The notes below the pieces were generated by a model, which was not told the origin of the DNA, did not search any database, and worked only from the letters and a program-made list of their open reading frames with translations. This document shows, piece by piece, positions 48,353 to 62,620 of a stretch of DNA of 64,000 bases. Where the stretch lies: the NCBI GenBank assembly GCA_003971905.1, contig RSEE01000136.1, positions 62,001-126,000 on the forward strand, in the 5' to 3' direction. The stretch comes from Moniliella sp. 'wahieum'. Lineage: Eukaryota. Each line of letters opens with the position of its first letter. Position 1 is the first letter of the stretch. The position numbers and the translations under genes were made by a program.

Positions 48353-50327
48353 CGTATGACGTGTGACGTGTGAAATGTGAAGCCTCTTGCGTCAGAGGCC
48401 AAGATATACCCTCGTACTCTTGATATTCCCCTATCTCGCTGATCCGTCCTTTCTCTCTCTATCTCGCTCCTTTTTGCACCTTGCCGGGTTTCCCTACTCC
48501 TCTTGCTTTTTGTTGCCGAGAAATTTGCTCTTCTCGCTTAGATTCCCCTCTGCTGGCACAGAACTCTCATTTGCTTCCTTTTGCCACCATATTCGTCGTA
48601 GCAGTAATGGGACGGACACCTCAGAAATCAATAATGTGTGTAGGACACCACCTTCGTTCCACACTACATCGACCTTCTGTCCGTCGGTATCTGCATGATC
48701 CACGTCCCCCGACCGCCGGTTGGGGGTTTAGTACTAGTCTCGCAGCCGGCAATACATTTGCACGGTTCTTGCATGCGAGCCGCATTGCGAGTACGGGTGA
48801 TTAGCATCCCTGAGTGTGCGATATACGGTTGTGGCCAGCAGCAGGGTTACTCAATTGGACTGGCACTAGCCTGTGAAAGGCTGGTTCGGCGTCCTCGGAG
48901 CAAGGGCATGACTTCGGTGGGCCTTCGAAGGCGTTTGACAATTGCGGTCTATTCCCTCGCCCGGCTCCAGAGAGCAGAAGGCCTGCTCGGCAGTACATTG
49001 ACTAGCAGCTCGGCTCAAGGCAAGTGGCGCTCTCAGTGCGAAGCACCAGAGAGCAGGCCTGCTCGGTAGACATTGACTAACTAAGGGTGAGCACAAGAGA
49101 CTCTCTGGGGAAGCACCAGGGCAGGCTGGCTCGGCTAGAGGCACAGGCACGAAAGGGCATTTGTACATGTCACGAGGCACTTAGGGCCTGGTTCCTACTG
49201 TATGCAAAAGCAGCCGTGTCTAAGGCTTGTTGCTATAGCTGTGGTTCTTGTCGGCCATCCTGTCCCTGCTCCCCGACTTTCCATTCCCTCTCGCCCTTCC
49301 AGCTTCTACTACCCTTACTACTTACATCTTTACACCTCACGTCGCGGTTACTCTCCAAAGTCCCTTTTTTGCTTTCATGACGACTCTTTCCGATTCCACC
49401 TATGGCGCCGATTGGCCGTCCAAGGGTTTGTACCCATAAAACTACAGGGGGGGTCCCACTTTAGGACTCCCCCCATGACACCTTGCATTCATTCCTGGGT
49501 TCTGTTGTGTCCGGGTCCCACCTAATACGTCTGTACTACTCACCCCTTCTGTTGCATGTCCACATTCAAGAAAAAGGTCCTCTCATACTATTCGGGACTC
49601 TGTCGCAGTCATCCGCTGTATCATCTCTCTCCATTTCGGGAGTATCCGTACGACGCATCATCTGATGCCGGTCGTGCGGCCCAAGTCCGCAAAAGTGGGC
49701 GGTTGGATCGAGTCAAAAGCACAGGCTCTTGTAGAGAGTCTTTTCAATGGGAGTATTTCGACCATAATCTTCATATTCAACCACCGCATATATACGCTCC
49801 TGGTACCTTGTAGGGGCCCATCCCATCTTGCCGCCAAACTGATGTACCCTCTTCCACGTGCACTCCTTATCGTCCGTCGTCTGGCTTGAGTACGGAGTGC
49901 ATAAAAACTATACTCAACGAGGAACTATCAGCGACCACATTCAGTTTAGTAGTAGTCTGCTCCGACCTACACTCGCCGTCAACCACCGCACCGTCGTCGG
50001 ATCCCATCGGGCAAACGATCAGGTCCTCGTCGCCGTGTGTTCGTAGTTTCGCCACCACCAACACAAACGAAAGCAACATATGCATATATATCCCTCAACT
50101 TTTTCATACGATCGACAGGAGGGCGGAAGAAGAGAATAAGAGAGAAACGCGGCCGGTGATGGGAGTAGGGTTCAACGTTTTACCATTCACCGTCCAATAT
50201 TAGTACCCCTTGAATGTGATGGAACAAGCTGCGGGAGCAAACACTCGAGATGAGGAGGGGAAGGGGGAAGGGGGGGTTAGGGGGACACAAGCCTACGTCC
50301 ATATGGAATCAATATGCGTTCACACGT

Positions 50328-53300
50328 TCACACCTGGCTGTTCCGGCGTGACGGTTCGCCTCGCGGCGCTTCGTCGCCCGAGTCGGCGGTGAGGGGCGAG
50401 GGGGCCTCCAAGCCATAGGTTACCGCATCCCGCCGACGCTTGAAGAGAGATTGCTGTGCCACAAGCAGCTCTTTGGTTTCGGCATCAACCGCTTTGCGCG
50501 TCGCGCTGCTCCGTTTGGGATTGTGATTGTTGTTGTTGGTGCCGCCTTCGGCGGGAGTGAGTGTGCCAGGGCTGACGGAGGTGCTGGGTGGGAGGGGCAG
50601 GTGGTGGGCCAATGAGGTACTGGCAGGTGGTGAGGTAGAGACCGTGCGTGGTTCCCCGGGGCCATTGAGAGGCGGAGAGGCGGCCAAGGGGGTGTTGCGT
50701 TTGGGCGTGTGAAAACCAGGCCTCCATCCTCAGCGTCCGAGGATGAGGCGGGCTGGTGGGACGAGACGGTGACGGAAACAGGAGGACGCGGGGAGTGTGG
50801 CGGTCGGGGGAAGGGTGGGTAAGGGCGAGGCAAGGGGCGACGGCGATGTAGGCGAGGCGACAAGGGAAGCCAAGGTTTTCGGACGGGGCATGCTGAAATG
50901 GGCCTGCGCTTCGGCCGTCGCTTGTTCCCGCTCGGTTTGACGTTCCTCGTACAGGTCAAAGGTATCGCCCATCCAAAAGCCGAGATAGCGGATCACCTTG
51001 ATCGCTTCGGGCATGATGCTGCTCATTTGCATAAAGCCATGGGACCAACCTTCGAGGATGCGAAGATGAACAAACTCGTCCTCAGGCTCGTCCCACTCCT
51101 CTTCTTCCTCCTCCCCTCCCGCTCCAGCCATAGGGAAGGTCATCCGCAGCGTCTCATCCAGCCGGGCGCGCGCTTGCTCCTGCTGCGCCCGCTTGCGCTC
51201 CAACCCGGCCCGCCGCGCCATCTTGGCCTCCCAAATGCGGCCTGCGAGTACAACCGAGTCGTCGCACAACGGATCTTTTTCTCCGCACACGATGAGGGTA
51301 GGAGGGAACTGGGCCAAGACAGAGGCCGGAGCCTTGATAGGGGAAAGGTAGTAATTGGTCGCTAGATTCGGCTGGCGATGCGGACCAATGTACAAGATGG
51401 CCATGGAACGCATCATGCCCGGGGTCAGGATCCTGTCTTGGAAGTAAGCCGTCGTCGAGCTCATTGTCAGTCGTGTCTCGACCGGGCCAGCCTTGTGGCT
51501 CTGTTGTTGCTTTTCCAAGCGTGCATCCTCATCGGCCTTGGCCAAAGCTAGTGCCGTCTGCAACTGCTCATCCTTTTTCTGCCGTGCTGCCAACGAAGCG
51601 GAGCGAGAGCGAGAGCTTGTGGACCGCTGCCACTCTTGCGCGTCATTCAAAAGAGAATTCATGCCCACCAAGAGCCCCGGAAGCCCAGAGACGGTAGGAT
51701 CATCAAACAAGGGCTGCTGCACTCGGGGTTGCTCGTCGGCCGTGGTGTCTTCCGATGACACATCCCGTCCTTCCTTCCCATCCTCCCAGTCATCCGTATC
51801 TTCTGCACGGGAAAACTCTGCCCGCTCAGCAAGATGCTTGCGTGCCTCACTTGCCAAGGAAGAGAAGTGGCTTGCCGATTTGGCGCGCGACATTTGGGGC
51901 CGTTGGGGCTTGGTAGCCCGCGAGGGAGACACCGTAGAAGCGCTACCAGAATTTGCGTCCTGGGCTGACAAGCCAGAAGCAGCCGTAGCCTGAGCAGCTA
52001 GGTTGGGGAAACTGCCCGAGGCGCGGCGGATGTGCCGCAACTCGGCAGCTGAGTATTTACGCGACAGACGGGAGAGAGACCGAGAACGAGGGCTAGACGG
52101 ACGCTCGGGACGATGATTCTCCACCGCAGTTACCGTTTCAGCGGGAGTCCCCATCTCGTGCAGGCTGCGTTCACTCTGTTTGCGCAGCACTCGCAGTGTC
52201 TCGGGGTCGAGCCAGACACTGTAGTTGACATTGACGGAAGGGTAAGCGAGTAGGAGCCCAATGGGCTTGGGAAGTGGGGGGGGGGTCTCGCCATTCGGCA
52301 CGCCGAGCTCTTTACACTGCTCTTCTTCAAGCGGCGTGCGATCCACATGGTAGGCAGCACGAACGTGATGGTCCGGGTACTCGATGGTACGAATGACACA
52401 GCTGCGGCCATGTGCCCTCCAGCCGAATCCCCAGTGATAATCACTTGGAAATCATCGCTGCCGCTCATGCCAATTACGCGACCCTTGGTGAGGTGGAGGA
52501 TGCGATAAGCATCAAAGCACTCCTCTTGTGCGTATGGGAAGACAAACTCGGGAGCCTTGGCATAGTTGAGCGACAGCACCACTTTGCCCGTTTCCTTGGC
52601 CAGCTGCGCCGAAGACGCTCTTCATGGTGCTCGGGGACTGCGGAGAGGAGTCAACACAGAGAAAGAGGAGGGATGGGCAAGGGGGGATGAAGAGAAGAAC
52701 GGGCGAAAAGACGTACCATGGAGATCCATCCACCCCCAGGAAAGTCGAGGATAAGCTGGTATTGGTCGCGCAGCTGGGCATAGGAGCCGTTGAAGAAGAG
52801 CATGGCTTGGATGGGCGGCGTGCATAGGCGCCGATGGGCGGGCGGGGCAAGAGGAGCTTCTTGACCAGCTTGGGGCGGTACCAGGTGAGGGAGGTGGCAA
52901 AGCGGATGTAGGGGTTGGTGGTCTTGTGCCACTGGGTGCGGAGCATATCAATGGTGGAGTAGGGCGGTACTTGCGCAGGCGCTCGTCGGCGGCACGGTCA
53001 AAGACGAGGAAGTACAAGGTAAACAGGACGCTGCAGAGGTCGCGCAGCCACTTGGGGCGGATGGGCATGCTGGTGGTGAAGGCCGTGTCGAGGGCGCAGT
53101 TGATCCAGGTGGCGCGGTAGAAGTTGCGGTTGTACATGCGAGCCAGGGGCTCGGGGGGGCGAGGCCGAGGACCGAGTCGACGTTCTTGAGCCCATACAGC
53201 GACGCGAGCACGCCGACGAGACGAGCTGCCAGGGCGAGGCGTGGCGCAGACGGCGGCCGGCCCAGCGGAGGGGCGCGATGCGGGGGCCGTGGCGGGGGCC

Positions 53301-53393
53301 CCAGGCGAGGAGAGCGGACCAGAAGAGGAGGAGGACGATGGTCTGGTAGCGCTTGATGCGCCGCGACGGACGCCCGAGCAGGTTGTCGATCAT
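50328..53393 (-). CDS. Hormone-sensitive-lipase-family alpha/beta hydrolase (Abhydrolase_3)
   Basis: MIDNLLGRPSRR.., DFPGGGWISM, intron 52716-52638, LSLNYAKAPEFVFPYA, nucleophile TGDSAGG, GEKDPLCDDSV and GWSHGFMQM. The 3' end is approximate. Confidence 0.92.
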
Positions 53394-53849
53394 GGCGGGG
53401 GGGCACGCAGCTTGGCGGCGTGGGCGGCGTGGGCGAGCTGGTCGGGGAAAACGAGGACAAGCGAGGGAATATGGGCCTCCGCTTTCACAGCGCGGCGGGC
53501 ATTCCTGCGCCTCCGCCCGGGCCGGTGTGCCGATGGGCGCCGCCGCACCACACCGCACCCACGCCTGCCCCCGAAAGCCGGGGTACGCGGGGTACGCGTG
53601 ACGTCACCGTGCCTGGGCCCCCGCACGGTCATGTGACCAGGCGCTGCGTTCTGCCTCGGCCTCTCACCTCCACCATACCTACAGCTGGGATTGCGTGTGC
53701 TTTGTGTTGCTTTGCCAGCGAAGTACTTGTCAGAGGCTGCGGCCTGGCCAAGCACCACGCAGCCCGCCTGGTGCGCACGCTACCTACCAGCCGAACCAAT
53801 CCATGCTGTCGGACCAAAGGAAAAAGTGCCGGCGTGCTAGGAGTGATAG

Positions 53850-54639
53850 TGGCGCGTGATCATGTGATAGGCGATGCATGGAGCAAGTTGGCCCGTTGGA
53901 ACGACGCGGTCTTTGCTGCCTGGGCGTCCTTCTGTGCCTTGGTCCAACTGGGCCAGGCTGTTGCGTTTCATCGCACTACCAACCCCGTGTCCCGACCAAC
54001 CGTTTCCCTCTTGTTCGTTTTGGTGCAAGTGTGGTGTCGGGATTCCTGGTGACTATCACGAGCGCTGACAGTGGTGGAACTGGCTCGACTATGTCAACTT
54101 TCTCTTTTCATCAAACTCATCATTACCCTTATCAAATACATCCCCCAGGTTGCTCAACTACCATCGCAAATCAACACGAAGCTATCGAGTCGAAAACCTG
54201 TTTGCCGATCTCGGTGGAGGCATGTTATCCCTCGCTCAACTTGTACTCGATGCATTCATCGAGGGCGACTGGAGCGGCATCATGCATCACCGGCCATCCC
54301 GCCAAGCTGTATGTCATGATTTGTATTGTATCTTTGGTGAGAAACGTACGCTAACTTCGTCTTCCTGTTCTCTCGTTTGGTGGGATTGCTCTTACTGCGC
54401 TCGGCATGGACGTCATCTTGATTATTCAATGGGAAGCATACGACAAGAAGCCTGCCGGCTCTGTCCTGACCGACGAGAGGAAGCAAGCCCAGGTGAGGCC
54501 ACTGAACGAACGTCACTTCTTTTCGAACGTTCATAAATCCCTTCAGCCTTACCTCGACTCAATGCAGCTTGTACGGGTTCCGCATTCATCCGCCTCTCAT
54601 CGCCCGACGCTCATCGCCCACACCGTTCAACGCCTTTGA
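53850..54639 (+). CDS. Cystinosin/ERS1-like PQ-loop protein, only the C-terminal part recognisable (possible truncated gene or pseudogene)
   Basis: WNDAVFAAWA, IKLIITLIKYIPQV, LNYHRKSTRSYRVENLFADLGGGMLSLAQLVLDA..DWSG..HPAKL and MDVILIIQ. No first PQ-loop was found upstream. Confidence 0.7.
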
Positions 54640-55677
54640 TACCGGTGCTTTCTTCGACGACCATATATGCCACTGATTAATGATTGTACGATAGACTCAA
54701 GAGTTTCTCTTTCTGTATGAATGTCATGCCAGTTTCACGTGTTCTCTTCTTGTTCAAGAACCGGGGTGCCTTTTCCGTTTCGGCATCCATGCACCAGACA
54801 TGCCACATGACCAAGAAAATGAAGGTCCAATGTGACGACCCGAGGTGGATGTGGGGGGATTCACTCGACGATCTTCAGCTCCATAGATCGGAAAGATGCA
54901 GCAACGCTTCGTGCAACGACCTCGAGTATCAAGTTGGTTTTCTTAGTGCTCCCTACACCCGCCATTTTGAGTCTGGTAATGCGGTAGATCTGCTTCGTGG
55001 TCACTGTGCCGGCTACCTCTCAGCGCCAGGCCCATGAGAAGACCCATTTTCGATTCCGGTCGCTTTATGAGGCAGCCAGCTCGCGTGATTTGTTGGTTAC
55101 AGCAGGCTGTGCAAATCATACTCATTTGCCCCACACCTACATTGCGCCGGCCCATCCCCCCATAAAGACCTTGACGGGGGGGAAGGGGATGTCGAGGAGG
55201 ATGTGGGCAGTGCGGGCATTGAACTGCTTGGCAAAACCAATGGCTTTCACGTCGTTGGATCAAGGCACGGGGCCCACGGGGGTCTGAGCCGAAGCTTTGC
55301 CAGCCGGCATGACCAAGCGACCCTCCTTGGTGGCCCAGCTGGGGGGCCTTCGGTTGGATCCCCACTGCCTGCCCTCGGCTCTTAGATCTTACGTGCCAAC
55401 ATTTCGAAGCGGCCGGCGGAACAACTAGCTAGGATGTGGGGTCGGGGCGGAATTTGCGACGATGAAATGTCAACTTTCAGCAGGCGCCATACCCGGTATG
55501 CCCGCTGTTTTTTTCCGGGGGATCAGGCGGTCAGGCCAGGGAGAAAATCAGATAGTAGTCGAGCAAGATCTTGGGCGGAGAAAGGGAGGTACGGCCACGA
55601 GTCGCACCATCTTTGCTCTGATTTGACTCGGAACCCTTCCACCACCACCAGCTTCTTCTTCTTCTGCACCTTCGAAG

Positions 55678-56782
<1,105 letters not shown>

Positions 56783-59770
56783 TTGGGCTTTCACTCTGGC
56801 AATACATGCAGGGCCTTGGTCATGGTATTACAGACACAGGATGCCCTTTCTTCAGAAAAATCCACCAGTAACGACAGGGGATGAAGCATAGCTGTATAGT
56901 ATAATTGTGGCCAAACAGGGCGAATTTGGACAAGTACGAAGATGGAATGCATTCGAGGCAAAGGATCCACCAAAGGCGGCTACAATGAGAAAACAAACTA
57001 AGCATGTGAAGAACCAAAGGAACCTGTGGGCAATCATGCGGTAGTCCACCATGTCGCAAAGGTGTACACGGATGCCAATCATTTTGAGGGTACTAGTAGA
57101 AGGTGTGCGAGACACATTCGTCCACTCTCCGAACAAAAACGATCCACTGCACAGCAGAGGAGAGGTTGTGCCACTACTGGCTATAGCATTATATTCGAAC
57201 CAGCTCGATCACTTGATCTGGATCTTTCCTCGTCAGGTAGCGAAGTTCCTACTCGGCGCGTTGCTCCGCGGTAGAACTGGCGAGCGGATAAAGCGGGTAT
57301 TGGGAACCTTCGTATTACTGATATAAAAGAAGATGCTGATTGTTGTGTGTTGTACCATGGAGATGGTATAGCTTCCCGAGACCGGTGCAACGGTGGGACC
57401 ACAACAGGTCACTCATTACTCACTGCTCCGTCCGCGCATGCCCTTTCCTTTTTGTGCTCCTGCGTTCGCATCCTTCTGTCTTTTCCCCCGCTTCCACTCG
57501 ATACTTGGTTCGATAATCGATACCGTCCACCGGTCACATTATGGTCACGCCCTTCCTGCTCGTGATCCGCGTGATCAGATCCCTAGCTTTTTTCCGTCAG
57601 TATGCCAAGTAGGGGCCATCTGATCGGGGCCAGTTGGCCACGGAGCAACAGTTGAACTATGGGAGCAAAGGAAACGGATACGACCATTGAATAGTGAAGC
57701 TTGAAGCTTGAAGCTTGAAGGGCCATCTCTGTTACGTTGTTGCGCCACAGGGTGACTGGTGCGTTTCTGACCAAAGCTGGTCCCTTGACTCCCTCCTCAG
57801 ACGTAGGAGCTCCGATATTTTCTCATCGCTTATATCTTGCCTGGTCCGCTTCCAGGCCCAGGCGGAACTGGCTGCTTGCTTGAAGCTTGAAGCTTGAAGC
57901 TTGAGCTTGACCCCTGAAGCTTGGTACCCTGAGGCCTGAGAAGGGACTGAACGCGCCTTGGGCCGTAGTAGCTACTGGCCGGCTAAACGCACAAGCTTCC
58001 TGTGGCTCAATCGAGTGCACGGTGAGAAGGAGAAACGATGTCCGATGATGATCGATGATCAGGGAAAACGACATGCAAGGGCGACGACACCGACGCAAGG
58101 AGACGACACTGAGTACTGACGCAAGGGAGACAAGGGGATGCGCGCGCTCTGCTCGTCCGATCTCACCCGGCACGTACATGCTCGTGGAGATGCAGAGGGG
58201 TCGCCATGGGTCCAGCCTGGCTCACCGGTCACATGTCACGCACCATGCATCTCAGATCTCATGGCAGATGCATCCAGCGGCTTCTGGAGGGGAGTGCCAG
58301 CAGAGCAGGGGGTCAGCAGCTTCTACCGATCTATCCATCTCCCCCAGATCCCCCCCCCTTGCGCCCATGGGAGACAGGGAACGGAAAACGCGGCGGAGGT
58401 GGTGGGTCGCGTGGGCGTGGCCCTGTGTGGACTGGCAGGAGCAGGGCGGAGCAGGGCGGAGCCCGGAGGCCGTGGGACGACTGTTATTACGAGCCGCGTG
58501 AGGCCGAGGGCCTGAGGGTGAGTAGGTAGTGCACGCTCATTTCCGTTGCCCCCCCGACCCACACCAACCCACCATCTGATGGAAGAGCGACGTACCCCTT
58601 ACCTCGAGACTTGGAGAGTGAACCAGCAAGCACGCTGCACGCGAGCCCCTTGCACCAGTTGGCAACGTGTTGCATTTACTCGCTCGGCCGTCCCAGTGGG
58701 GAAAAGACAAATGATTGATGAGATACCCGTAACGAACAGTTCTTGACCATGGGTCACGAAGATGATGCTTGAGCTTGAAGGTCGGATGTGGGTCGGAGGG
58801 GTCGGACCGGCACTGTGGTCACTACTAGGGTCACTATTAGTACTGGTCACTGGGACCTGGCTTGGGCTGTGCGCTCGTTGAGCGTTGAGCCAGCCGCTGT
58901 GTTGGCATGTGGCTCTCAGATCGATGATCGATGATGGATGATCCGAGGGACCGATTGCCAACAGTTCCTCTCCATTGTGTGGATGTGTGATTGGTGTTCC
59001 ATGCTGTTTGTGGGAAGATGTGCAAGGCAACGCATGGGCAGTGTGGAATGCCGTGCCTATAGTACCTACTAGGAGGTGACTAAGTTGTGGCCCACGTCGT
59101 CTGCTCCGGCACCGAGCATCCCAGCGCACACATGTGCAAAACAATAGTCCGCATTAAAGTTTAGACGCCATCAATATACGTACCCCTGCACCATCCACAT
59201 CCGAGCGAGAGAGGCGGCAACGCGGCGCCCTGAGACGCAGGAATCAGACGCGTTATTGGCTGCGGTAAACACGGCCAGTCACTAGTTACTAGTTACTGGT
59301 TGCCATGTAGTTCTTGGCTGCCGACTCCCGCAGGATCGCCGGCGCGTCGACGCGCCGATGAGAGACTGCCGAAAGATCGTCATCGATCATCCGTCCCCGG
59401 GCGCTCGCTTCAGCGCCCTAAAGCTTGAGCCTACCCAGCCTTCTGGCTAGTACTGTGCGAAGTGCCCCTTCTTTCGCCTGAGTGTGAAGGGGTCTTGTCG
59501 GAGAAGGTTTGCACGCAGGGTTCAGGTATCACTCAGTAGGGGCGCACAAGACGTGTGTATGCGTATTAGCCGCGCTTGATCCAACTCGCTAAATAGCGCC
59601 CCTCCCCTCGCGTTGTCCGTCCCCCGTCCCCGCCCCTGCACCTTTTGTTTTTCCAGCCGACAGCCAGCCGCATCGCATATAGCGGTCCCCGCCACGCTCT
59701 CTTCCTGCGTCCGCCTCTCCCTCCCCCCACCCCCAGCCCGTGCTGTCCCATAGCCGTACCAGCCACAGGC

Positions 59771-62620
59771 ATGCGCGTCTCCTCGCCCTTCCTCCCCACA
59801 TTCATTGTCGCCGCTGCCCTGCAGACGACTGTCCATGCCATCCCCGCCACTTCCGACAACACCCACCGCCCTACCACTGCCGCCGCCGCCGAAGCAGCGT
59901 GCCATGCTCTCCCCGCAGCCCTGGGCCATTCGGTTACGGCTTCCGATGGCAGCACACTCCAGCTCAACGGATCCTTCTCCCAGTGGTACGCTGACGGGGC
60001 CAACCCTTCGCTTGAGCTCCTGGGCCTGAGCTACCCCCCTGGCTGGGTCCCCTCGGCCAAGAAGACGCTCAAGATCATTGATGGGCCTACAGCCGTCGCA
60101 CCCGACTTGGACTTGACCCAAGACTTTGGCTATGGCCGCCAAGGTACCAACGAACGAGCTCGATCGATTGCCAACCACGGCCCTCTTGGTGGCCTCCCCG
60201 CATTTTGCGGTACGTCTTTCGCCTTGGCACGCATTCTGGGACGGGGGCTTGGGTGTTATGGGTAGTATATGCTGGGCCCACAAAGATACTGACATGCTTT
60301 TCTCATTTTCCCTCCTTGTGGTGTCCTCGCACCACCCGTAGACTCGGCGTTCGAATCGTGACCAGCGACAAGACACAGGTGATGACGGAAGTGTGGTTGC
60401 CGCAGGCGGACGATACTGCGTATGGGGGTAAGCCTGGTGCGGTCGCAACTGGCCCACTTGCCCGCTCAACCATTCCGATTACCCTCAACCTTCTACGCCC
60501 GAGTTGTTGGATGTTGCCGATGCACCTTTCTCCGTCCGGACTGGAAACGCGCATGGGGCAACCGCACGGTATACAACCAGTCCGACCCAGCTACAGTCTT
60601 TACCAACCTTCATGCCTCGCATTCCTCCTCTTCCTCTCTGGTTCGTCTTCCGGTGCTTCGCGCCGAAAACGAGAGGAGCCCCATCTTGACCCGCGCAAGG
60701 CACCGCCTCCTGGGCACCACTCTGGCCATGGCATTCTCTCGGGTGCTGAAGTCTATGGCAATGGCGATTCGATCTACTGGAACGGACGGATGATGTTTTG
60801 GGTAATGGCGGTCTTCGCGGCTGGATACCGTACCCGACCATGAAACAAACGTTGGCGCGGCATCGCTACGCCGTCGTGGGCAGTAACATGGGTCATTCGG
60901 GTTCCACGGGCGACGCAACCTTTTCCAATGGCACCCAGCACGTGGAAACGCTCAAGGACTATGGCGGTCGTGCAACTCATGTTTCTACCCAGCTGAGTCA
61001 CGTTGTCCTAGATACGTTTTATGGTCCAGAAGCTGGGGTCAGGGTGGCCCAGCACAATCACCACCACCATGCTGGATCGGCCAAGCGAACGGACTCTGTC
61101 CCGAGTTCTCCAACCGAAGGCGGGAATTCGACAGAGGGCAAACAGGGACGCGTACGATCGTACTTGCTGGTTGCTCCGACGGAGGAAAAGCCGGTTTTGC
61201 TAGTGCTTCTTTGTACCCGACCGACTTTGATGGCATTTACGCCGGCTCGCCAGGGTCAACTTTAATGGGCTGAATGCGGGGCAGCTCCGTGCGCAGGCGT
61301 TGTTCCGTCAGGCTGTCATGCGGCCCAAGGGCGCCTATGTCGCCATGAAGAAACATTGGGCCTCGATTCATAATGTCGTCTTGGCCCAGTGCGATCATTT
61401 GGACGGGTGTGGATGGCGTCGTGTCCGATCCCAAGGCTTGCTTGCGCAAACTCGACTTTGCAAAGGACTTGCGTGCCGTGGTCGAGAAAGTCGTCGCATT
61501 CGAAGTCGTCTTCATCAACCAAGTCGTCGTCATCCTCCAAGGCGTCGTCATCCTCCAAGGCGTCGGCATCGTCCAAGTCATCTAAATTGTCCAGGGCGTC
61601 TTCCCATTCCAACTCGCAGGCCGGCACGTCCACGCTAGCATCCATCAACGGTAGTAGCAGTCTATCGCACTCCATCACCATGATGATTCCGCAGCCACCC
61701 TCGCCTCGAAGCGGGCGATCACTCGTCCTCACTCAGCTCTTATGCTGCAGCCGCAAGCGCATCTAGTACCAGACACCGCAAGGGGGGCTCCCTGTACGGC
61801 TATGATCGGCACCAATGCTTGAATGCGTCCCAGATTTCCACGCTGAACGCCATGTTTGAACCCACGGTCTGACTGATAAGAACCACCAGAACCATACCGT
61901 CTTCCCAGGCTGGTATCCAGGGTACGAGACCATGCCCGGTACGCAAGGTGCGGAGAAGAAGGCGATTGGGTGGTTGGAGCTGGCGCTGTTTGGATGGCCC
62001 AACGAAGACTATGAAAAGTGGGATCCTTATACCCAATTGACCTATGACCAATTCGCCCTCTCTCTCCAATCCAACGTGACCTTCCTCAACACGAACAATC
62101 CGGACTTGACTGCTTTCTTTTCCGATCCGTCCCGCAAGTTGATCACACCCACGGTACGACCGACATTACCATTGCCCCTGCCAACTCGGAGCAATTTTTT
62201 GAGCGCGTGGCCAGCCATTCACTCCTGCCAATGGCCACTCGGTCGATGAGAGTTACAAGCTATTTCTCGTTCCGGGTATGGGCCATTGTCGAGGCGGCGA
62301 TGGCGCGTTCCATTTCGGTTAGTTGTGACTCAAGAAGCCCCAGGCAACCGGCGTACAAGTTTGACACGGAGCACGATGTACTTCTGCGTCTGGTCGCATG
62401 GGTGGAACAGGGAAACAAGTACGAACCGAACACTTGGGTCGCGGCATCTTACCCTACCATCGGTCAAGTCTATACTGATGCAGCTCCCTTTTGGACCTCC
62501 AACTATGCATGGGGGCTCCGCTTTACGCGCAAACTCTGTCCCTACCCACAAAAGCCCGTGTACAACGGGTGGGGACCCACTTGGGGGCCTAACGAGCAGC
62601 ACAGCTTTTCGTGCCAGTGA
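59771..62620 (+). CDS. Secreted tannase/feruloyl esterase family protein
   Basis: Signal MRVSSPFLPTFIVAAALQTTVHA; LPAFC|RL (intron 60210-60341), EVWLP, WNGRMMF-GNGG, SNMGH, GCSDGG, DFDGIYAGSP, CDHLDG..DGVVSDP, FLVPGMGHCRGG, LVAWVEQG and RKLCPYP. Confidence 0.92.

Noticed and set aside
28643..54639. Two PQ-loop genes as a functional cluster
   Set aside because: They are 23 kb apart, from different subfamilies, with unrelated genes between.
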